A program made the position numbers and the translations under genes. Source: a virus (Duplodnaviria > Caudoviricetes). Taken from it: DNA of 31,734 nt. Below the pieces are notes generated by a model, which worked only from the letters and a program-made list of their open reading frames with translations, had not been told where the DNA came from and made no database searches. The DNA lies in IMG/VR virus record IMGVR_UViG_3300025646_000196, positions 1 through 31,734 of that record. One strand, 5' to 3'. Of the stretch, positions 1-8,534 are shown piece by piece. Numbering within the stretch: the first letter of the stretch is position 1; the number at the start of each line of letters is the position of its first letter.

Positions 1-1764
1 CATCTCAACATCATTACTATACGTGGTAAATCCGTTTTCTTTTACAACATTTAATACATTGTTCACACGTCCTGCTAGTTCATCCTTGTGCGATACTAAC
101 CAAACACTACGATGCCCTTCACGTGCCATCTTTTTAAGTATTGCTAAACTGTTTTCAACACCGCTTGAATCCATACCAGTGTCAATAACTTCATCAATAA
201 ACAACAAGTTGATCTGTTGATATAAACTTTCCCATACATCACGGAATGCCCAACTTAAACTTAATATAAGTCTGTTACGCTCACCCCTGCTCAAGTTATC
301 AAAGTCAAGTTCTCTGCCCAGCTCTTCAATGGTAACTGTTAGATCATTATTAAACTTAACTGTATGTGGCAAACCAATTCTATCTAAATATTGACTTAGA
401 CGCACATTCAAATAGGTTAAGTTTTGATCAATAATACGTTTACGTATAAAACTATCCTTGTTAGTTAACAGTTTTAACAAGAAGTCTTGGTGCTCACGTA
501 CATTAACTAACTCGTTAATATTGTTATACTCTATTTCCTGTACTGCCTGTGTTTCCATTTCAGTTATCTGTTCTGCATATGGATCTGTTTCTGCTAACTT
601 TGCTTCAAGTTGATTAGTTAAGTTTTCGATTGTGTTTTTGTGGCCGATTGCGTCTTCTTTTGAATCATAGAACACATGGGGGATGGGTCCTGGGTCTCCA
701 AGTTCCGCAAGTTGATCAACTTGAATTTGTACTTTTTCTTGACTTTCATGATACTGTGTTTCCGTTTCCTTTAGTATTTCTCGTTTCTTATCTAGTACTT
801 CCTGATGTTTCTCATCGTGTATCTCTTGCCCACATGCATAACACTCATGTCGTTCTAGTTTTTCTATTTCTGATTTTAAACTGTTAATATGCTTTTCTAA
901 TCTAGCGGACTCCTGCTCACTAGATATCCGCCACTTGTTTACTTCTTTGATTTCATTGGATATTTTGCTGTGTGTACTTAGTGCATCATGTGCCGCAAGT
1001 TCTGCTTCAATGTCTATACCGTCTAAACTTTCTAATGCCTTGGACAGTTTATCTATATCTTCTTGTTTTTTAGACTGCCATAGTGTTTGTCTACGCCTTG
1101 TTGCTTCGATCTGTTCCTGTACACGCTCGTTAGCTTCCTGTACAGCCTTAATACGATACTCTTCTTCTGTGATTGCGTTTTTAGTTTCTTTTAATTGTTC
1201 TTTTAGTGCGTCTGCTTTTTCGCTGAGCATGGTGATACCCAGTAACTGCTCAATAATAGTACGCTGATCGTTTGCTCTGAGACTTAAGAAAGGTTCTGTA
1301 TATGTATTTAGTGCTACAATATGCTTGAACATTTCGTGACTCATGTTCAACATACGTTCTATTTCTGCTTGTGTTTCTCTTGAATCGCCCTGCGACTCAT
1401 CTGTGATCTCTTGCTCCTGTCCACCAATGTAAAATGCTACAGTGTTTGGCTTACGCCCACGTTCAATTTTATAATCAACGCCAGCATTTTCAAATTCAAT
1501 AGTGACTAACATATTCTTACCGTTAGTCTTGTTAATTAAATTGTCCTTGCGTATCTTTGTCAGTGCTTCGCCATACAGAGCATAACTTAATGCATTGATA
1601 ATAGTAGTCTTACCTGTACCATTACGTGCGCCAGTGTCATCTCCACCCAAATCTAAGTTCTGTCCTAGTACTAGTGTTAAGTCACGACGATTAAAATGTA
1701 CGGCTTGGGTAGCATTACCCACGCTCATAAAGTTTTTTACTGTTAGAGTTTTTACCTTAAACAT
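1..1764 (-). CDS. gp46: Recombination endonuclease ATPase subunit, T4 gp46 / Rad50 / SbcC family (3' end runs off the window, at least 588 aa)
   Basis: Absent from the ORF track because there is no stop in the window. Manual translation from ATG 1764 gives MFKVKTLTVKNFMSVGN, Walker A ARNGTGKTT, coiled coil with zinc hook CYAC (832-843), signature LSRGE, Walker B LFIDE and H-loop VSH, ending GFTTYSNDVEM at position 1. Adjacent to gp47. Confidence 0.95.
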   Translation of the reverse strand, partial: MFKVKTLTVKNFMSVGNATQAVHFNRRDLTLVLGQNLDLGGDDTGARNGTGKTTIINALSYALYGEALTKIRKDNLINKTNGKNMLVTIEFENAGVDYKIERGRKPNTVAFYIGGQEQEITDESQGDSRETQAEIERMLNMSHEMFKHIVALNTYTEPFLSLRANDQRTIIEQLLGITMLSEKADALKEQLKETKNAITEEEYRIKAVQEANERVQEQIEATRRRQTLWQSKKQEDIDKLSKALESLDGIDIEAELAAHDALSTHSKISNEIKEVNKWRISSEQESARLEKHINSLKSEIEKLERHECYACGQEIHDEKHQEVLDKKREILKETETQYHESQEKVQIQVDQLAELGDPGPIPHVFYDSKEDAIGHKNTIENLTNQLEAKLAETDPYAEQITEMETQAVQEIEYNNINELVNVREHQDFLLKLLTNKDSFIRKRIIDQNLTYLNVRLSQYLDRIGLPHTVKFNNDLTVTIEELGRELDFDNLSRGERNRLILSLSWAFRDVWESLYQQINLLFIDEVIDTGMDSSGVENSLAILKKMAREGHRSVWLVSHKDELAGRVNNVLNVVKENGFTTYSNDVEM

Positions 1765-1770
1765 ATTGTT

Positions 1771-1799
1771 ATTGTACTATAGATTCCTGTAAATGTCTA
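1771..1799 (-). promoter_or_regulatory. Predicted sigma70-type promoter for gp46 (leaderless geometry)
   Basis: Minus strand: TAGACA (1799-1794), 17 nt, TACAAT (1776-1771), 6 nt, ATG (1764). Both hexamers match TTGACA/TATAAT at 5 of 6 positions. No Shine-Dalgarno in the 12-nt intergenic gap. Confidence 0.7.
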
Positions 1800-2796
1800 A
1801 CAGCATTGTTGGGCTATACTGATCGCTGTTGATGCTACTCAATTGGTTGGTAACAATAGTATCTACGCTTTCAAATTTAATATTGCCCTGTGTATCAAAC
1901 GAAATATCCTCACCTATGTGCTTTTGTGGGATAAGCGTGATCTCACGTAATTTGTAAGTAGTCGCAAACGTTTCTTTAATAAACGTTGCTTCTTCATAAC
2001 TGATCTCTACATCCAAATCAACACGCACATGCATATTGGGCTGTAGTCTTGCTTCTGTATGCTGTAACAGGTCGCTTAATTGGTACACACGATACTTGGG
2101 CTGATCATCCCAACTAAAGAATTCTGGATCCTTGCCCCACTCTAACACCATCATACCACGCTGATCATCTGCGGCGTCAGCATAGTTGTGCGGAAAACAG
2201 TTGCCAATATAGTTTATGTTGCGCTGTACCTGTCGTTTGTGGAAGTGTCCTGTAAACACATTCTCAATACCACCAAACGCTTCTGCTTTAATTTCACCGT
2301 GATCTGGCATCTGCACCATAGCGTTCATAAAGAAGTTGGGCAACTCAAAGTGTCCAAACATATACTTGCCTGAATACTTAGGAACACGTTTATAATCTTC
2401 GCCAACCATCCAAGGAGCAAATATGACATCGCCCTCTTGACGCCAGTCATTACATATTTGTACATTGGGCAAGTGTCTAGCCCATTCTACACTCTGCACA
2501 TCACGCTTGTCTCTGTAGTACAGATCGTGATTGCCTGGAATAAAGAACACAGTATCAAAGTTATTGTTCAAGTGTTCTAATGCTCGAAGGCTGTAGTTTA
2601 GAGTAACAATATTAATACTGGCACGATTGTTATGCCAGTCACCTAAGAAGATACAGGTCTCGCAACCTTCTTCTTTTGCTTTGGCAGTAAACCATTTAAT
2701 AAAATTTAAACAGTCTTCGTTATGTTGTGTGCTGTTACTCTTTAGTCCAAAGTGGATATCCGTGCATACGGCCGCTTTTCTAAATAGATTAGTCAT
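1777..2796 (-). CDS. gp47: Recombination endonuclease nuclease subunit, T4 gp47 / Mre11 / SbcD metallophosphoesterase (339 aa)
   Basis: Motifs TDIHFG, LGDWHNNR, GNHD, GHFE and GHFH. ATG 2796 is preferred to the TTG at 2799 used by the ORF track. Sits between gp55 and gp46 as in T4-like phages. Confidence 0.95.
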   Translation of the reverse strand: MTNLFRKAAVCTDIHFGLKSNSTQHNEDCLNFIKWFTAKAKEEGCETCIFLGDWHNNRASINIVTLNYSLRALEHLNNNFDTVFFIPGNHDLYYRDKRDVQSVEWARHLPNVQICNDWRQEGDVIFAPWMVGEDYKRVPKYSGKYMFGHFELPNFFMNAMVQMPDHGEIKAEAFGGIENVFTGHFHKRQVQRNINYIGNCFPHNYADAADDQRGMMVLEWGKDPEFFSWDDQPKYRVYQLSDLLQHTEARLQPNMHVRVDLDVEISYEEATFIKETFATTYKLREITLIPQKHIGEDISFDTQGNIKFESVDTIVTNQLSSINSDQYSPTMLLDIYRNL

Positions 2797-2802
2797 CAAG
2801 TA

Positions 2803-2831
2803 AGTTTAACAGATTAAATTGTATTTGCCAA
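2803..2831 (-). promoter_or_regulatory. Predicted sigma70-type promoter with extended -10 for gp47 (leaderless geometry)
   Basis: Minus strand: TTGGCA (2831-2826), 17 nt ending TGT, TAAACT (2808-2803), 6 nt, ATG (2796). No Shine-Dalgarno. Confidence 0.62.
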
Positions 2832-2845
2832 CAGTATTGGCAAAT
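2823..2845. repeat. Perfect 9-bp inverted repeat with 5-nt loop between gp55 and gp47
   Basis: ATTTGCCAA-cagta-TTGGCAAAT. Starts at the last base of the gp55 stop codon and contains the predicted gp47 -35. No clean U-tract follows. Confidence 0.8.
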
Positions 2846-3762
2846 TATTCTCCACCACCCTCATCGTACGTGCCGGAACTACCTCCGCCTGTACCGGTCC
2901 AACTGTTAAGTCCTTGACGAGTATAACTTGGAGTTAGATCATTCATTTCTAATATATCATCACGTAAGTTTTGATTACGCTTTTCAATATTCAACACTCT
3001 AGTAAAACTATTAGTAATAGCGGCAGTATAGTAAGCAAATGGGTTTTGCGATTTGGATTCGTCAAACTGTAGTCCAATTTGGCTTAACTGTAATAATGCT
3101 TGACTACGCATTTCATCATTATATGTATAGCCACGCCAGTTACTACGTGTAGCGTAACGTTCACACAGTTTCATAAACATATGAGCTAGTTTGTTAGTCA
3201 TGGCACCGTGTTCTTTGGAAAACTCTCCTGTATCCAAATCACCACGCCAGTGACTTTTACCTACTAGGTATGGCTCACCTTCTTCTGTTACCTTAAAATG
3301 CTGGAATGGAGGGAAATTACAACGAATGTGTTTCTTAGCCGCAGGACTATCATCAGTTATATCATCATCATCGTCATCACTGCTGTCATCATCGTCGACA
3401 AATAATTCTTTAATTACTTTCTTTTTCTTCTTACCACCACCGGGATCCATTGGGATATGATCAAATGTCATTACTCTAAACACAACATCTGTTGCCGGAA
3501 CATCTCTAGTGTTTACGCTGAAATCATCTAGTTTTAATTTAACATCACTGGACTCTTGTGCAACGTCGTATGCGGCACGCCCTAAACGCTCTGCACGTAA
3601 CTTACGCCCTTCTGCAATGTTTTTCTTGTTAATCTTTTCTACACTGGCAACAATAATGTCAAAGTCGCCATCTTCTGGAGTGGTAAAACTACAATATGTC
3701 TTTTTACTTTTGTGTATCTCCTTTAAGATGTCTCTGTTGTTGAGGTAATTGTGTTTTCTCAT
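2845..3762 (-). CDS. gp55: Late-transcription sigma factor, T4 gp55 family, with large internal insertion (305 aa)
   Basis: N-terminal HNYLNNRDIL resembles T4 gp55 YNYVNNKELL. C-terminal RSNWRGYTYNDEM and FDESKSQNPFAYYT resemble RFNFSGYT..EM and FDETKYKNPHAYIT. SD AAGGA before the ATG. Upstream of gp47/gp46. Confidence 0.92.
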   Translation of the reverse strand: MRKHNYLNNRDILKEIHKSKKTYCSFTTPEDGDFDIIVASVEKINKKNIAEGRKLRAERLGRAAYDVAQESSDVKLKLDDFSVNTRDVPATDVVFRVMTFDHIPMDPGGGKKKKKVIKELFVDDDDSSDDDDDDITDDSPAAKKHIRCNFPPFQHFKVTEEGEPYLVGKSHWRGDLDTGEFSKEHGAMTNKLAHMFMKLCERYATRSNWRGYTYNDEMRSQALLQLSQIGLQFDESKSQNPFAYYTAAITNSFTRVLNIEKRNQNLRDDILEMNDLTPSYTRQGLNSWTGTGGGSSGTYDEGGGE

Positions 3763-3785
3763 GGTAATCCTTTATATATGCACAT

Positions 3786-3814
3786 AATTTAACAAATAAA
3801 TAACTAAAAAGCAA
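3786..3814 (-). promoter_or_regulatory. Predicted sigma70-type promoter with extended -10 for gp55
   Basis: Minus strand: TTGCTT (3814-3809), 17 nt ending TGT, TAAATT (3791-3786). Shares TGTTAAA(T/C)T with the predicted gp47 promoter. Confidence 0.58.
3795..3802 (+). promoter_or_regulatory. T4-type late promoter for the baseplate operon
   Basis: AATAAATA (7/8 match to TATAAATA) in the 69-nt divergent gap, 29 nt before ATG 3832. The TAAATA core recurs before gp25, gp6 and the gene at 28777. Confidence 0.68.
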
Positions 3815-3831
3815 GAGGAAATTTTAAAAAG

Positions 3832-4788
3832 ATGCCTGTTATTACACCATTTTCACAACCAGCTATAGGTAGCGGGGGCTTCAGCTCCGGAGCACCTAAT
3901 AATCAGAATGGACCACAAGGTGGTATGGATTTTGGCAACAAAGTTAATAACAATGGGTCCACAGCAAAAACTGTAAACCTATTAGACCCATCAAACAGCA
4001 ATCCGTTGCCAACATCTGGGTTAGCCAAAGGTGGCACACAAGCACAGCCTGAATTTATGAAGAACATGTTCAATACAAACGGTGGTGCAGGTGCAGATAC
4101 AGGACAAGTAAGTTTTGCAGATACATCCGACGATTGGCGAGTGCGAATTAGCGTCAATCCAGGATCGGGGGTGCTCTATAGAGCTCCTAACCCTGGAATA
4201 CTCACTCCTTTACTAGCAACAGACGGAGTTATATTTCCATTCGTACCAAGTATAACAGTAAATCATTCTGCCAAGTACGGCAGTAGATCAGTAACACATA
4301 CCAATTACACAAATTATTTTTACGAATCTAGCGAAGTACAAAATCTGCAGGTCACTGGTGATTTTGCTGTACAAAATAAATCAGATGCAGATTATTTTAT
4401 GGCAGTTATATACTTCTTTAGAGCCGCTACTAAAATGTTCTATGGTAACAGTGGGCAGTACCAGGGATCACCACCACCAATTTTATATCTAAATGGTTTT
4501 GGTAAACACTATTTCCCTAATGTGCCTTGCGTATTAACATACTTTAATCACCAGTTGCCTAACGATGTAGATTATGTTGAAACTAGCAGTAGTGTGGATA
4601 CTAACCAACAACAAAATTCAAACCAACTTGGCAATCAGTTGAATATGATATCTGTAACAAAAAATAGAGTACCAACTAGCAGTACAATAACACTACAATT
4701 ACAACCAGTGTACAGTAGAAAGCGTCAAACAGAATTCGATCATGAAGCATTTGCACGTGGCGCACAGATTGATAAAGGATTTATGTAA
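3832..4788 (+). CDS. Baseplate tail-tube initiator/cap-like protein (T4 gp48/gp54, contractile-tube fold) with ~100-aa low-complexity N-terminus
   Basis: 318-aa ORF. Tube-fold pattern IFPFVPSITVNHSAKY, LQVTGDFAVQN, SPPPILYLNGFG, NVPCVLTYF, VPTSSTITLQL. Directly precedes a LysM gp53-like gene. Confidence 0.7.
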   Translation: MPVITPFSQPAIGSGGFSSGAPNNQNGPQGGMDFGNKVNNNGSTAKTVNLLDPSNSNPLPTSGLAKGGTQAQPEFMKNMFNTNGGAGADTGQVSFADTSDDWRVRISVNPGSGVLYRAPNPGILTPLLATDGVIFPFVPSITVNHSAKYGSRSVTHTNYTNYFYESSEVQNLQVTGDFAVQNKSDADYFMAVIYFFRAATKMFYGNSGQYQGSPPPILYLNGFGKHYFPNVPCVLTYFNHQLPNDVDYVETSSSVDTNQQQNSNQLGNQLNMISVTKNRVPTSSTITLQLQPVYSRKRQTEFDHEAFARGAQIDKGFM

Positions 4789-5093
4789 TGGCAAAAACAC
4801 GATATTCAACTAGTAGTCCGTATGCACAAACAGAAACATTTGGTGGTTTCCTAGATGTTATGGTTGATCGTCCTATCACAGCTAAAGAGGACGATGTACT
4901 ATACGAAATAGATAAAGTATATGAGTTTAGGCCAGACGTACTTGCACATCATTTATACGATGATAGTAGGCTCTGGTGGGTATTTGCACAACGTAATCCT
5001 AATGTGCTTAAAGATCCTTTATTTGACTTTAGAGCAGGTAAAGCAATTTACATTCCTAGAAAAGAAACACTGCAAGCTGACCTAGGAGTTTAG
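4788..5093 (+). CDS. gp53: Baseplate wedge LysM-like protein, T4 gp53 family
   Basis: YEIDKVYEFRPDVLAHHLYDDSRLWWVFAQRN...GKAIYIP is the RPDxxAxxxY...WW LysM-like signature. TAATG overlap with the upstream stop and SD AAGGA. Confidence 0.85.
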   Translation: MAKTRYSTSSPYAQTETFGGFLDVMVDRPITAKEDDVLYEIDKVYEFRPDVLAHHLYDDSRLWWVFAQRNPNVLKDPLFDFRAGKAIYIPRKETLQADLGV

Positions 5094-5096
5094 TAA

Positions 5097-8000
5097 ATGG
5101 CTAACACCCCAGAAAGTCCATTTGACAAAATTAACAAATTACTGCAACAGCAGAATTTTCTTAATGAGCAACAATCTAAGGAAATGCAGACTGCTATTAA
5201 TACAGCAGTACAAGACTTTCCAAACAAACTAGCCGCCGCACAATCTGAATTAAACAAAAACACTGGCACAATAATGGCCAAGTTTAATGAAGGGTCAGCA
5301 AAGATTAATTCTGAAATAGCAAATGCTGGTAAAAATTTAAGCATTTCTCCTTCGCAGGCTGCACAGTTTCAAAGCCAACTGAACACGGGTATCGCCGGAA
5401 TACAAGCACAGTCAACACAACTTAGCAATTTTAAAATACCAAATGTAGCAGGAGCAACAGGACAAGCACAAAGTTTACTAGCCGGCAGTGCTGGAGATAT
5501 ACAAAATGCTATCAGTAATGTAAACTTTGGTCAAATGAATCAGGCCATTGCGCAAGGCACACAAGCGTTGGGTGCGTCATTACAAAATGCGGACATACAA
5601 AATGCAATAAATTCTGCAAAAGGGCAACTAGCTACCGGTGCCGCTAATCTGCCAGACTTGGCTTCCCAACTAAGTGGAACACTACAATCAGCTGGTATAG
5701 GCAATAGTCCTTTTCCTGTTAATGGGTTAAGCGCAGATCAGCTAGGTAGATTGACACAGGATTTAGGTGGACAACTTGAAGGTGTAGCAGGAGCATTAGG
5801 CGATCAGCTTGGTCCACTGTCGGGACAACTACAAGAACTAGGATCCCAATTAGAAAACGGATTTAAAACAGCAGGGATATCTGTAGGGTCTGGAGCCAGT
5901 ACTACTGCAGGTGCCGAACAGCGAGCACTTAGTAAAACCAAAGTTAATTTAACATCACAGCCCAACCAGGGCATGAACAAGTTACATAACTTTGAAATAT
6001 ATACCTATAGATTTACACTTTATTTGTTAACCAAAGAAGAATTAGATTCAGTATATCTCAATCCAAGACTTTTTAATCCAAAACATGTACTAATAAGTAG
6101 CGGTGGTAGTTATTCACGAGCAATGGGAACAGACTCAACTGGTCGTGCCAGGTTACCTGACTTTGAAGAAGATTTCTTCATTGAAGATCTAGACATGCAA
6201 ACAATCGTTGGGTTGAACAGTAAATCAAAGTCTAGTAATGCTGTAGATATAAATTTTACAATTTATGAACCATATGGGGTCACATTATTAGATAGACTTT
6301 TGAGTGTATGCGAGACCGTGGCAAAATGCCCTAATTACATTCAACAGCCGTATCTATTAGAAATAGATTTTCTAGCTAATCCGACCGGCGACATTGGAAA
6401 AGTTGAAAGTGTTTTGATAGATAGAAAACGCATACCTTTAAAAATAATGGAAATGGCGATCAAACCTGACCTTGGAGGTACAGAATATAGATGTAGAGCT
6501 ATTCCTTTTAATCATTCAGGTCTGTTAAATACCGTGGCATCAGTGCCGGCTACACTGGGAGTTGTTGCTGGAACGGTAGGTGAATTTTTCAGTGATGAAC
6601 CAGTCCCAGCTGATGCTACCGAAAAGAACGAAGAAAGAGCAGATGCAGATCTCAAAGAATTCTTAAAAAAACAGCCATTTGGCGGAGCAGGTTTTAGTAA
6701 GCGAGCCAAGGAACAAAAAAGACAAGAGTTTTTACAACAGTATGTAACAAAGATTGACAGTTTTCCTGTTGCTTACAATAATTATTTTAAAGCTATAAGC
6801 GGTGACGGGCAAGGTAAAACATTTAAATACCCGCCTGCTTTAATTGCATTTAAGATTGATGACGAGATAAAAAATTCAAAAATTGTGTTTGAGGAAGAAA
6901 CAGATTCTCGCACAACAAAGATGACTGACCTAGATCAAGATCTACGCAGTACTACCAAAGGTGCTGTGTTAAGTTACGGTAAGACAAAACAGGAGTTTCC
7001 TGTCAGTGCTGGCACAAACGTACTTCAATTGATTGATAAAGTTATAATGAAATCAAGTTACATAGTTAACCAGGCCAAGAATAGTAAACAGGCAATTGAA
7101 GCATTTGAACAGGCTAAAAAAGACGGTGACAAAAAAGCTGTACGTGCGGCAGAAGCTAAAGCCAAAGAATACAAGTACCTTGACTGGTTTAAGGTTATCC
7201 CTCATGTGTCTCTATTAGAATTTGATGAATCACGTAATGCCTATGCAGTAAAGGTTACATATCACATTAAAAAATATAAAACAGCAAACCAGCACCATCC
7301 AGATTTTGCGTTAACACGTATTACGAAAGATAAAATTGTTAGATCGTATGACTATCTGTACACTGGAAATAGCAAAGACATTATTGACTTGTCTATAGAT
7401 TTTGACAGCACTTACTATACACAGATCACCGCATTTCACGGGTCTAAACAGAGAGCAGGTTCTAAACTAAGTTCTAAGACTGGGTCAGATAACGACCCTA
7501 CCCTATTAGATAATCAGAGTGCTGATGCACCCGACGGTGATGCTAATAGAGGAGCAGATTTACCAACAACATATCAATCTCGATCAGCTAACAGTTCTAA
7601 TGCCGGACAACTTAATAGACAAGATTCAGCGGTGTCTCAATCAGTTAACGATCTAGCATCCAGTATCTATACCTCACAACGTGGTGATATGCTTAATCTC
7701 AGAGTTGGTATAATTGGTGATCCAGATTTTATTAAACAAGATGATCTCTATATCAACCCCGAAAGCAGTGAGTATCAAGGATTTGTTGGCAGTTCCGATA
7801 ACTCCCCAATTAACTCTGAGTTTGGTACAATAAGTTTTGATTCACAGCAGGTATATGTACAACTTATGTTTAAGAGTGCTGTAGATATCGACGACGAACT
7901 GGGTATCACAAATAAAGGACTAAAGTCGGGTGGTGGCAAAGCTGTAAAGTTATCTAATGGTCGCGAATTAAACGGAACGTTTAATGGTGTGTATAAAGTT

Positions 8001-8531
8001 CTCACAGTTACTAATAAATTTAACTCAGGAGAATTTACACAAGTCCTTGACATTATCAAAATGCCAAACGAGATGCTAGAGTCAACAGAAGTGGAGCCAG
8101 ACAACAATGCTGTTACAATAACAGATGATGGACAAACTGCTAAGAAAGGTCTGTTGGCAGACGATATTGCCGCTCAAACCTCAGCAAATAATGACGGTGG
8201 AGCACCTGCAACTACCAGCGACGAAACTGCTGAGCAACAAGGAATATTCCAACAGGATATTGATCGTCTTGCACCAGCATTAAATTCTCCTCCTGAATCA
8301 GGTGACACACCAGTTGAAGGAATTGGTGTAGCAGAAGGACGTAGTGTAGCATTTAATCAAACAGCAGAACAGCGAAGAAGTATAATAGAGGCTAATAGAC
8401 AGATAACTACTGCTAGACCTGATAACATTAATAATACAGCATTTGTACAAAATATAGGTTCGCAAGCACCATCGGGTAAAAATAAAGGTATATTTGCTGG
8501 TGACATTCCATCAACTGAGAATTTAGGATAA
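5097..8531 (+). CDS. Baseplate hub protein (gp27/VgrG N-terminal-like), 1144 aa, with helical N-terminal extension
   Basis: Located between gp53 and gp5. C-terminal LRVGIIGDP and FNGVYKVLTVTNKFNSGEFTQVL match the hub IxGDP...GxYxVxxVxxxF pattern; FTIYEPYG motif. SD AGGAG at 5084-5088. Confidence 0.68.
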   Translation: MANTPESPFDKINKLLQQQNFLNEQQSKEMQTAINTAVQDFPNKLAAAQSELNKNTGTIMAKFNEGSAKINSEIANAGKNLSISPSQAAQFQSQLNTGIAGIQAQSTQLSNFKIPNVAGATGQAQSLLAGSAGDIQNAISNVNFGQMNQAIAQGTQALGASLQNADIQNAINSAKGQLATGAANLPDLASQLSGTLQSAGIGNSPFPVNGLSADQLGRLTQDLGGQLEGVAGALGDQLGPLSGQLQELGSQLENGFKTAGISVGSGASTTAGAEQRALSKTKVNLTSQPNQGMNKLHNFEIYTYRFTLYLLTKEELDSVYLNPRLFNPKHVLISSGGSYSRAMGTDSTGRARLPDFEEDFFIEDLDMQTIVGLNSKSKSSNAVDINFTIYEPYGVTLLDRLLSVCETVAKCPNYIQQPYLLEIDFLANPTGDIGKVESVLIDRKRIPLKIMEMAIKPDLGGTEYRCRAIPFNHSGLLNTVASVPATLGVVAGTVGEFFSDEPVPADATEKNEERADADLKEFLKKQPFGGAGFSKRAKEQKRQEFLQQYVTKIDSFPVAYNNYFKAISGDGQGKTFKYPPALIAFKIDDEIKNSKIVFEEETDSRTTKMTDLDQDLRSTTKGAVLSYGKTKQEFPVSAGTNVLQLIDKVIMKSSYIVNQAKNSKQAIEAFEQAKKDGDKKAVRAAEAKAKEYKYLDWFKVIPHVSLLEFDESRNAYAVKVTYHIKKYKTANQHHPDFALTRITKDKIVRSYDYLYTGNSKDIIDLSIDFDSTYYTQITAFHGSKQRAGSKLSSKTGSDNDPTLLDNQSADAPDGDANRGADLPTTYQSRSANSSNAGQLNRQDSAVSQSVNDLASSIYTSQRGDMLNLRVGIIGDPDFIKQDDLYINPESSEYQGFVGSSDNSPINSEFGTISFDSQQVYVQLMFKSAVDIDDELGITNKGLKSGGGKAVKLSNGRELNGTFNGVYKVLTVTNKFNSGEFTQVLDIIKMPNEMLESTEVEPDNNAVTITDDGQTAKKGLLADDIAAQTSANNDGGAPATTSDETAEQQGIFQQDIDRLAPALNSPPESGDTPVEGIGVAEGRSVAFNQTAEQRRSIIEANRQITTARPDNINNTAFVQNIGSQAPSGKNKGIFAGDIPSTENLG

Positions 8532-8534
8532 TAA

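Noticed and set aside
23-1792. Short plus-strand ORFs (23-220, 630-887, 935-1267, 1595-1792)
   Set aside because: Antisense shadows of gp46 with no recognisable motifs.
2797-2799. TTG start for gp47
   Set aside because: The adjacent ATG at 2796 fits the promoter geometry and gives 339 aa, the same length as T4 gp47.
3349-3396. TCA/TCG triplet run as a microsatellite or CRISPR-like repeat
   Set aside because: It is the imperfect codon run for the gp55 Asp tract, with no repeat-spacer structure.
3806-3815. TTGCTT as a T4 MotA box
   Set aside because: Spacing to the -10 is 17 nt, fitting a -35 element rather than a MotA box near -30, and no motA is visible in the window.
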